Position numbers and translations under genes: made by a program. A stretch of 64,000 nt of DNA from the human T2T-CHM13v2.0 reference genome, Homo sapiens: NCBI RefSeq assembly GCF_009914755.1, contig NC_060929.1; one strand, 5' to 3'. The notes under the pieces are model-generated. The model was not told where the DNA came from, did not search any database, and worked only from the letters and a program-made list of their open reading frames with translations. This document shows, piece after piece, positions 15,138 through 26,191 of this stretch; position 1 is the stretch's first letter; every line of letters begins with the position of its first letter.

Positions 15138-18100
15138 TCTCTCTCAGGTCAGTTAGCCTTTAAACAAATCTTTCCTTTCTTCACAAGCAGCACTACGCTC
15201 CAATTAAAAAATCAAGTATCTCATACAGACTAAAAATCAAAATTCCTTTGTTAACAATAACTATGAAGCCATTGCCCTCCCAGACATTCCTCCTTCCCCC
15301 GCTACAAGATCTAATTTAGAAAATACATCCTTCAACTTGCTGTCCAAAGTCTCTGAATCTCTAGAGATGTTACTTTTCACTGTTGAGTCATTCCTTGACA
15401 AATCATTGAGCAAGAGAATCAGATAGTTTGATAATGCATGGCAGCCTTCCATCCCATTCCAGATGGCCACTCTAGGAAGACAGCATATTCATTAATTAGT
15501 CCAAATACAGCTCTCTGTCCACTCAATACAAATACCAACCACCACAACTCAGCTTTCCTCAAAGGCCAACAGTTCTCCAGGCACCTGTGCTTCCTTTTTT
15601 TTTCCTTAAGAAGTTACAATGTCTCCGCATTTGGCATGAGTCTCCTACTGGTGATGCGACTGTGATGGTGCAAATTCTTTGCTCCTTTTTTCATGTCTTC
15701 TGAGTCAGTTTATTGATTTCCATGGACCACCTTCTCAGTATAGCATAGGGTCCAGGTGCCTCCCTCTACAGAAGATACCAATTTAACCTCAGTGTGTGAA
15801 ACCCTATTCTTAAAAAATACAGGTCTTACTGCAGCATGTTGCTTTTCTTCCTCTTCTGAGTCATTATGCTGAATTTTTTAGACTCAGATTCAGGTTTTGA
15901 TTCCTTTTTCTTCCATATTACCCAGAATTCACTCTAACAAGCAGCAACACAGAAAAAATTCTTCAACAATTTATCTACAAACATAGTGACAGGTCCACAT
16001 TCGGTTCACATATAATTACAAGTTATAGCACCCACCCCTAGGTTTTCAATCCTCTTAACATTGGCTGGGGCACCAGGTAGAATTTTCTAATCTCCTAACA
16101 ATCCTTGGTAGCTTCTCTGGTTGGGGAAAATGTACTTCCAGAGGGAGATGCTGGTACTGAGGTCACTCCATCTCAGATTTAACGCAATGGTTTCGTCTCC
16201 TGCAGAAACCAGATAGCATCTCAAGGCTTTCACTAGCAACCTACTAGCAATTATTACTAAAAAACAGTAGGTTCTATATCAATGAACTACCAAACACAGA
16301 GGAAAAACTACCAAGGATTTTAAATAAATCCTTTCTTGTAAAAATTATGAGCCTATCTGTTCAAAGACTTTGAATAATCATAAAATTATTCAAAGTATTC
16401 AGTGTATAAATTCACTTAACTGCTATTTCCCAGTCAATTAGATTTTTATTCTTCATTACCAAAAATACTAAATGCTTTTATTTTGGAGGTTTTAAACTGC
16501 ATTATGATATGCCACCAGCTTATGTGAGGAAAACACAAAAGAAAACATTTATTCTAATATAAGAAATTAAATATCATTGTAAGCCACAGCCAATTCTACT
16601 GGCAAAAAACAACAACAAAAACACTGTTGGTCCCTTTCTCAAAAAATTACAGGTTTTATTAAACATTCATTAAAATCTTTATGTTAAGAACAAAGTAAAG
16701 GCCAAATAAACAATAAAAAATGTTAGCATATACGACTTGTGACTAGACAAACCTGCACTGGACTAAACATTTATTAAGGACGTAAAAAGACTACCCTATC
16801 CTAAAAATACGACCAAAACAGCTTCCAAAATATATTCATAGATGTTTGGTCATTAATGCTACATGATAAAACATTTTATCTGATTTCTTTACAACAAAAC
16901 TAGAGGGAATGGCTTTGCTGCCACTGAAGGAATTTCAAGGTTAAAAAAATTCAAACAAAATATATGGCAAACATCGATAATTTAAGGGCAACTGTTCAGA
17001 ACCTTTGTGTGATGCATGTAAAATACCTGAGAATTTTAAAACATAAAAATTCCAGGAAGAGCTAACGTATCAACTGTGGCAAAAACTCTTAGTTAAAATG
17101 TACCCAGAAGTTCTCTACTTGTCAAAGATTTTCTGTAAGATGTATCTGTAGAAAGGAAGACTTTCTGACCATTAATATGCAATAGGACAGACTAAGAGAA
17201 AGCTCAGTGAGAAGAGTCAAGGGAGTTTCAAATGACTAGCCCATGGCTTGCATAGTCAGTGGTTTATTTATTCCCACATTCATAAAAACAGTTACCACTT
17301 CAAACAGTTACCAGTTCCAGTTCATTCTGGAACAAGGAAAGGTATACATAAACATAATGAAAATATTTGTTGCAAAAATACTTATTTTGAGCCCAAAGTC
17401 AACTACACTAGTTTACTTTTGCCGTTTTCCCCTAAATCATATTCCCCTAAACCTTACTGTAAGGTTTTTTTTTTTTTTAAGTTTGAACTAGGTTGCTCCC
17501 GTGTCATGAATGAGTTGATGAACACCTCCAAATTTCCATATGTTGATGTTTTAAGTTCAATGAAGGTTAACAATTTACTTTCACAACCCCAAGAATATTC
17601 ACTGATGGTGAAATAATATTTAATATGTCAAAATAAACAGATACTTCATCTGTTCATCTAACCTTGACAGCTAAATAATGCATCCAGGATAATTTGATTT
17701 TGGTGTGTAAGGTACTATTTCACCAAAGTACAGGGTTTTTTGGTTTTAATAGTTCACTCTCAGCCCCCATGTTGCCACTGTGTAAGTGGCATTTCCTTCT
17801 CTTCCGCTTCTATGGACTTCTCAGGTAGCTTGCTGGCTCATTTTCATTCATTTATATGCAGACATTTCTTTACAAACCATAAAGCAATTCCTTCTGTATT
17901 CAGTATATGAACTCATAGGCAACAATTTACATGCTTTATCAAGTCATTTACATATGAGTAATTTTATCAAAATCTTAAAAAGACTTCCATTCAGAGGACC
18001 AGAGAATGGAAGCATGGCTTCTAAACAGATGGCAGTTCTCTCTGGAAGAGTGAGAGTTCTACAGAGGGAGGAACGGTTATTAGATCATAAAGCATTCACC

Positions 18101-19936
18101 TTTGCAGGAGTTTAATCGGGATCCCTTTTCTTCCACCAGTTAGGCAAGGAAACTGAGTGAGTCCTTTTGCCTACCAACCTCGAAACAGAATATAGCATAT
18201 CACACAGCAAGAGACAAGATCACTTACTCCTCCAGCTGCTTCTCAACTAGCTGAGGGTAGAGGAAGGACATTTGTGATATAGCTGAAGAATACAAAACTG
18301 TACTGGAACAGATAATTCAGCACTCTTGTTTGCTTCACAAAAAGAAAAAAAAAGGCTCAATGCTTCAGAAAAAAAAAAAAAAGATACTGTATTCAGTGGC
18401 CTTAGGGACTGCTACAGGAGGTGGGGGAGAAATCAAGTAAAACAGGATACTGTCTCCACTCCCATCTCCCACTAGTCAATCAGGCAGTTATTCTTTATCT
18501 TTTTACAAATAATGGCTCTAGAAGGGTTTTGTATGAAAAAAAAATACTTTGAAGTTAACCAAAAACACAAGTTCAAAACTACTAACTAGAAGGTCTGGAA
18601 GGCGCCTTCTAGTTCTTAATGCTCAACAGTTTTATGATCTCTTAGACAATCAACTCTGACTTATCACTGAGATCATCAGATTTGGAGCAAACTGTCTAGG
18701 ATTCTGCTCACTGGTCTGATGATGTCCACCTTTGGATGACATTACATTGGTTTTGGGGAAACACTGACAAACAGAAAAACCAGGTGATACGGCTTCAAAT
18801 GGCCCTGAGAGAGAATCAATGGAAGTAAAATATTCATCTGAAAGTACTGACAGTCATAAGATATTTGTCAATCGGTAAAATAATTGTAGACTTGGTGAAA
18901 ATAGCTGGCTACCACTGTAGATGATTACCCTGAAAATAGGGCAATATTACACCAATAGCAGTTCATCTTAATGCAAAAATAGTTAGCTTTGGACGTCACT
19001 TAGTAAATAAATTGTGTAGCAATACTTTTAAACCCTGCTAGTCAATATAATAATTAAAAGCCAACACTGATTTTTTAAAAAATTCATTATGATGAAATGA
19101 ACACTAAGAAGAGCTAAGAGTAAGCTGCTTGAACTTACTGCAACACATGCTACCATCGAAACAGATAAATGGAAGCCTGGAAGTATTCTTCCAAAAGGCT
19201 GAACACAGCAAACTGCATTACCTAACCATAGCCTGAGTACTCATTTCCTTTACTGTAATTCTCATGGACTTCATCCAATATCAATTGTGACAAAAGAATC
19301 AAGTGAAAAAACAGAATATGTTGGTTTAGGGGATCTTTAATCACATATAAATTCCACCCATAGGAAAAACAAAAATGCTTATTAGTCAGTCAGTTACATA
19401 TAGCAGAAATGTTACTCTATTGCGTTCACCCAGGGAAAATATATTATCATTTGGTTCAAATATGAAGTATACACTGATTCTGTTCATTAATGCCTTCAGT
19501 TCTCTGCAATATAAATTGCAATGTAAATTTGAGTCATCAGTCTAGAAAACATACACTTTACGAGTCTGCTTGTATGGCTGCTGGATTATCTCTTTTGTAT
19601 AAGCACCTATACATGTGCTGCAAACAGGCAGATGCATGAGCAGATGCATGAGGACAGACTTACCTTTATCCAAAGAGAAGACACTGAACTGAACACTACT
19701 AAGTAAGCTTCTCCCTGCCCCAGCACCCACAAATACAACATACACACACACACCAGCATCAAAACAGACAACAAAAACAAAATCCAAATAATAGAAAACA
19801 ATTTATAGTTGATATTCCATTTAGTCTCAAGGTAGTATTTTCTAAAGAACATTCTCAATTAAGAAACCCTCAGTACCAGATTTGTTTTAAAGGAAGAAAA
19901 GTATGGGCATAACTGTGTCCTCAGAAGTCTCCCCAC

Positions 19937-20044
19937 CTGACAGACATCAGAACGGATGCCAGTTTTCCAGAATCCTTGGCTACTTAGCTCCACCGTTACT
20001 TCTCGTCTCATTGTATTCTTCTGCCGTATTTTTTGGAGGGCTTC
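19937..20044 (-). CDS. DROSHA: DROSHA exon, 108 nt, EALQKIRQKNTMRREVTVELSSQGFWKTGIRSDVCQ
   Basis: ttctag|GAA...TGTCAG|gtgggg; phase 0-0. Confidence 0.97.
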
Positions 20045-21278
20045 CTAGAAAAGAATTCATTATGATGAGTAACACAACTGCTATAAAGCAATAGTAAGCC
20101 AAACATCAAGCATTAGAAAATAAGTTGGATTCATTTAATATTACCCCTACATTCAGATACTCAAACCTCTTCATACAAAATTACAATATTTTCTTTAAAA
20201 TGGAGGCTGGAATGCTCAAAGCTTGGGGTATAACACAGCCCAGCCTTTCTTGGCAACTAGATAAGAAAAACTCTAAACCAAATCTACCATTCTGGTATTT
20301 TTGAACAAAATATGCCCTTTCATTGATAAAGGAAGCAAAATGTGGTTTGGGATTTGAAATGAGCATGTAAAATTTTTATCAAGCCTCATGTTAAGTATTT
20401 ACCTCTAAGAAAGAAAGCAAATTAACCTGCGACCCACATAATTCTAATAGTTGCCTTCTAACTTGCAAACCCTTATAAAAACTCTTGCTACAATGGCATA
20501 CTTTATATAAAAAAAGACTATGATCCAAAATATCACCTGTGAGACATGATTAGGAACTAACTCTTCCCTTTCACGGCCCTTCAAATAATTGTAAAAATAA
20601 TTGTATATTTGCATGCATGCAACTGAATCAAAATCTCATAGGAATTCATAATAACAGGAACCACCCCCACCCCCACTATTGATTAAGTTCCTTTTACAGG
20701 CCAAATAGCACAAGAGGCCCATTAAATGGCGTATTTCAGAAGTTCATGGAACTACCTTTTTCCTTGAGTGCACCAACGGAGGAACACTTCAGTCAGCCTC
20801 TCAACCTTAGTTCCCTCCTTTATAAACAGGCTGATTGGCCTAAATCACAGTAAGTGACAAAGCCAGAATTCAAACACTTTTTCCAGCTTCAAAGCCTTGC
20901 TCTTACACAACCCCAGCAGAATAAAACCTCCCTGAGACAATAATCTATGTTGATACTGAAACCGTTTATTCTTATAATTAAAACTAAAACGTAAGTTATC
21001 CTGGATTACAGGGATAATACTACCCATTAGTAAGGAAATATGGAATTTGGGATATGAAACCTTACAAAATAAGTTTACCATACTAAACTGGCAGACCAAT
21101 GGAAGACAATCTTTTCCAACTTTAAGACCAAGAAATCTGAGTAAGGCCCAATGTTGTATAATGTGCAACCAAATTAAAGATAAAAGGCTGATTCAACAAA
21201 TTTAAGCTTTAATATCTATAAAAGATATGTTTGATTCCCAGTGGTAATAATCCATTAAGAAACTGGCATTTTAGGGAT

Positions 21279-21683
21279 TGATACAGTTAGGATGTTTTGG
21301 CCCCTCCAAATTTCACATTGAAATATGATACCCAATGTGAGAGATGGGGCCTGGTGGGAGGTTTTTGCGTCATGGGTGGATCCCTCAAGAATAGCTTGGT
21401 GCCTTCCCCACAGTAATGAGTTCATGTGAGATCTGCTTGTTAAAGAGAGTCTGGGACCTCCCTCCTCCCTCTCTTCCTCCCTCTTCTGTCATATGACGTG
21501 CCTGCTCCCCATCCACCTTCTACCATGATTAAAAGCATCCTGAGGCCTCCCCAAAAGCCAAGCAGATGCTGGTGCCATGCTTCTTGTACAGCCTGCAGAA
21601 ACGTGCACCAAATAAACCTCTTTTCTTTATAAATTACCCAGTCTCAGGTATTCCTTTAGAGGAATGCAAAACAGACTAATACA
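21279..21683 (+). mobile_element. MaLR solo LTR (MST-type)
   Basis: TG...CA ends, AATAAACCTCTTTTCTTTATAAATTACCCAGTCTCAGGTATT, 5-bp TSD GGGAT (21274-21278 / 21684-21688). Confidence 0.9.
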
Positions 21684-21882
21684 GGGATAAAAAGGCTCTC
21701 TTAAATATTAAAAGATTTTTTAAAATCAATTCGTATAATAATGGGGGGAGGAGGGTAAAGTATGATTTTTTTAAAAAAATATTTTTCCATCTTGTACCAG
21801 AAGTATAGTGTGATACAACAATCACGAAATAAACCTGAAGCACATCATCGTTAATCACCAAGGAATGGAGTTTGATACAGAC

Positions 21883-21982
21883 CTCCCTCTGTGCCAGCTT
21901 CTGTTTGTCAGTTTGTTTGACTTTGGGACTATTTGCTAGGAGGTGGCGAAGTTTCACATAACTCTTCCACAGTTTTTGGTAC
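21883..21982 (-). CDS. DROSHA: DROSHA exon, 100 nt, (Q)YQKLWKSYVKLRHLLANSPKVKQTDKQKLAQRE
   Basis: ccttag|G...AGGGAG|gtctgt; phase 2-0; visible inside ORF 21676..22002. Confidence 0.97.
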
Positions 21983-23639
21983 CTAAGGAAAAGGACAGGC
22001 AAACATCTCAGGTAAAGAGGAGGTAAACCTAAAATGCAACAAAACCAGTTATTTTAAGAGGCCTCTTCAAATCATACATTACATTCTTTTGATTATTCTT
22101 AATGGCAGAAAGCCATCATTCTAAGGAAGGCTATGACTTTGAGGCTGAGAGTCAGGATGGACAAGAGTCAACTGGAACCTGGTGATTAAGTTGATTATTG
22201 CTTATTTCAGTTGGAAATGAGGTGTGACTATATGAATGAATCTCTGGAAAGAATTCCAAAGACACAAAAACACCTCAACCAAAGGAATCATCCTGTTTCT
22301 CACTGTTACCTCTTGAAAATAACAGATTTTATTTAAATATACACTTTCTGATATTTGTTGAAAGAAAGACCCCTTCCTTAGGGAGACTGTCAGTTGCTGA
22401 ACTACTTATACCAAATATAAGTTGAAGAGTATTAGAATAGAGAACCCCATTTGTGCCAAAACCCAAGCTACATAGCTGTATCCATTTGTCCACTGGAGAG
22501 GATAAAAGACTAATGGTGTATACCAATTTGTATTTACCATGACAATATAAGCATATTTGTTGCAGCCAAATAAGTGATAACCTAGACCAGTCTAAAGGAT
22601 ACTGTCAAAGCGTCCTGGAAATGAAGCGAATATGCAGTCCTTTATCAATTCACAGTCCTGCCATCTGAGAGTCCACGAGAGCCTCATCACATTCTACTAA
22701 CATTTTTCTGACAAGAAGGGATTTTCCAAAGATTTTCTGTCACATTAAAACTGTTCCTTTCTTGGCCTTAGCTGGGCCTCTCCTTTTTTGAAAACTTTTT
22801 TTTTTTTTTTTAAGAGAATGGAGGAAAGAAAGAAGTACTTACACAGTGCCTGGTTCACTGCTTCATACTTTTATCCAAAGGGGGAAAAAAAAGAACAAAA
22901 CCCTTTAGCCTCTTCTAATATATGTCAGCCAGAACTGTATTTATGAATTGAAAATCTCCCATGCCCTTTTCTCCCACTATGAATCCTTTTTAAAAAAAAA
23001 AAAAAAATAAGTCAGGAAGCTGTTTGTGTGTTTAGCAAGGTAGGAAATCCAAACAGTCCCGAAGAATCTAATGGTACTATCTCCATTCCCACACATCCTA
23101 AATCTTCTCCCAGAAAACACTAACATGCCAGTTGGAAAAATCAAAACGTGGAAAGTTACATCAATCCTAAGAGTCAGAAGTCACGGCTCCTACTTCCAAC
23201 ACAACCTTGACTTTGCATGTGATCTTGAACTCTTAAGATGCCCCCAAAAAGAGAACTCTGCATAAATTCGGCAGTGCTAGGAACCAATATGTGCTACTTT
23301 CCTCTAGAGGGCACTGAAAAAATAAAAAATAATAATTATTATTATAAGGATGAATAAAGAAAAAGTTCCTTAAAGTTTAAAAACATACAAGGACTTATGT
23401 TGACCAAGTTTGCCAAAAATATTCTATTGAATAATAGTTTCTTGCACTCAAATATGTACAGAAAATAATTCTTCAGGAGCTACCACAATTGTTTCATTTG
23501 GGTAATCTAAATTGGAAGTATGGCTCATTTCAGGTCTTAATTTTTAAAAAGGAAACATCCACTAAAGGGTATTTCTCTGCTAATTTGGCTGTTAGTAGAA
23601 GGTGAAATTGGCTAAGACAAACACTGAGAAATATCTTAC

Positions 23640-23764
23640 TGTGGGTCTCCTGCATAACTCAACTGTGCAGGGCGTATCCCAAAGTGGACGATAATCGGAA
23701 AAGTAATCACATCGGGGTTGAACTGTTCACGATCCAGTTGATCGATACGGACAGAGCTTGGTTT
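23640..23764 (-). CDS. DROSHA: DROSHA exon, 125 nt, KPSSVRIDQLDREQFNPDVITFPIIVHFGIRPAQLSYAGDP(Q)
   Basis: ctctag|AAA...ACCCACA|gtaaga; phase 0-2. Confidence 0.97.
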
Positions 23765-24813
23765 CTAGAGAGAAAAATCAAAGCCATTTATTCCCATAAG
23801 AAGTCTTTATGTATTGACTTTAACCTAAGTAGGGAAGGAATAAATCGGACTTTTTTCCAGGAAAGCCTTGTCCCCAAAGGGAAAAGGTCATTTAAAACCC
23901 TTTAATTACAGCAGCTATACTATCTAAAAACTATAATGTCATCCTTGTAAATGAGCCTATGCCATTTGGCATAATGAACAATGATTTTGTCCTTTTTTGC
24001 AGTCCACATAGAAACCTTTAAAAATTAAACTTTTAAAAGGACACCTAGTCAGATATAACTTTTCCTTAACCTCTCTGAAGGCACAGGGGAAGGATTCCAC
24101 ATCACAGGCAGAGCCTCTTCTGCTTTAATTTCACATTTCAGAATGCACAGATGCCTCTATTTAAGTTTTTTCCCTCACTTGTTCTCAGTGGATCTTATGT
24201 ATTCCTTTAATTCTACATCTTTAAGTTAGAAAGTATAGTGGTGCAAAGGCCAAATAGTTAAGCTTCTTTTATTATGTCCATGTAGGACATTTGTGTATTT
24301 TAACAGAGAGCCTCATATTTTTTTCTTCATGTCTAATAAAGGAAGAAGTGAATGGCTCATTCCTTCTGGATCATTTGTGAAATGGCTTTCATCTTGAAAG
24401 CTTAAATTTATGAAAAGATGGTAAAATCACAGAGAACAGGTTTCAGCAACCTCCTTCCTTATAATCACCTCTCAGGACAGTCTCAATTAGAGATTCAGTT
24501 TTCACTAGCACACTGTAGAGTCTGCGGCTCAGTTGCTTTGGAGGCTAAGGCTGTTAAAACTGATTCACACAGAGGCCAATAATCTTCATTCTGTCCCACA
24601 ACAATGCCCAACAATTAGAGTCTGGTTGGCTGCCTGGTTTCCCTGGGACAGAGGAATTTCAATGCTAAAACCAGGAAATCTCTCAGCAACTGGGACAAAC
24701 TGGTCACTCTACCTACAACTGTGATACCAGCCAGCCATCTGACAAATATTCAATGAGGTGACAAAAGGGATAAACTTGGGTGAATTCACCCACATTACTT
24801 AAAACACTCAAAC

Positions 24814-25084
<271 letters not shown>

Positions 25085-26127
25085 CCCCTCAAACTTTTTA
25101 AGTGTCATTTAACAAACAAAATGTCACTAGCTTCTTGAAAAGTTGGTCTCTGCTCTCAAAATTTGAAAATGGAAAATATTTTGTTCACATGTAATCCATT
25201 ATAAAATTATTTAAATGCCCATCAACAGTAGCAACGTGCTATTTAAGGTCAAAGAATTACTTTCATTATTTTGTACAACAAAACAGCAGGATACATTTTT
25301 AGAATGCGAACTGTGGAATAGAATGCTATTGAATTATTCATGTTTCTGTGATTTTAAACACCATGCCATGGTACCAACACAGGAAACAGTGATTTAAAAT
25401 ATCTATAGTATCTCTAAATTTATGGCAGGGGTTGAGGGAGCAGGAAATGAAATATATTCTAGACTTTGGCTACACCCTATAACATTTATTATGCCATCTT
25501 TGTTTAAGAATAAAAAATGACAAAAGTCACTAATGACAAAAGTATTCCTTGGAAGATTAATTCTTTTAAGTTCTGCAGCAATATAGTATTTAAAGTGACC
25601 ATAATGGCTTGAAATTTTTAATAAATTTCCCAATATTCTTGCCATTTTGCAATCTTTCAAAGCAAGTCCTACAGAGGATGAAATGTAGTGTGGTGTCTAC
25701 CTTGTCGTATGAGTAACTTGCACACTTCTCAGTAGGATGTTTTCATAATACTGAATTCTCAAGATTTTTTTCCTCCTTTAAGCATATCTTCAGATAAACA
25801 GTATAAAAGAATTAACTTCAACACATTCCTAAGCCTGACACTGAAACTTCCAATAAAAATCTTTCATACTGACTAGGTCTGACTTCATGTTGTTAATACT
25901 GGCTTTACAGCATCTCAAGGATGCACAGTTAATCATGCCAATAATTTCTACAATTTCTCAATTCCTCAGAGATCTTACTGTTTAGGAAGCACCCCTGGCA
26001 AGCCTATCCCAGTGATAGCTCCTAAAATGAGAGGCTTTCCTGATGCATCCATTGGCTCAACCATTCATCAAAGACTCCTTTCATATGTTAGTGGTCTTTG
26101 GGTTTTCACCTGGGCAAGCATCATACA

Positions 26128-26191
26128 TTAGTTTGGTGCAAAAATAGTTGCGGTATGGCAGACCCCCGCAACTACTTTTGTGCCAGCCTAA
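26128..26191. mobile_element. Made1 (Hsmar1-derived MITE), internally shortened
   Basis: TTAGTTTGGTGCAAAAATAGTTGCGG ... CCGCAACTACTTTTGTGCCAGCCTAA resembles the Made1 TIRs. Confidence 0.85.

Noticed and set aside
17786-18115. 109-aa plus-strand ORF
   Set aside because: Non-ATG start, no motif, and no supporting plus-strand gene structure.
19628-19652. 12-bp tandem repeat containing TGCATG twice next to the cryptic donor (possible RBFOX sites)
   Set aside because: TGCATG is on the plus strand; the DROSHA transcript reads UGCAUC there.
22836-22900. TGT|GTAAGT donor-like site on the minus strand
   Set aside because: Poor exonic match and no convincing upstream acceptor.
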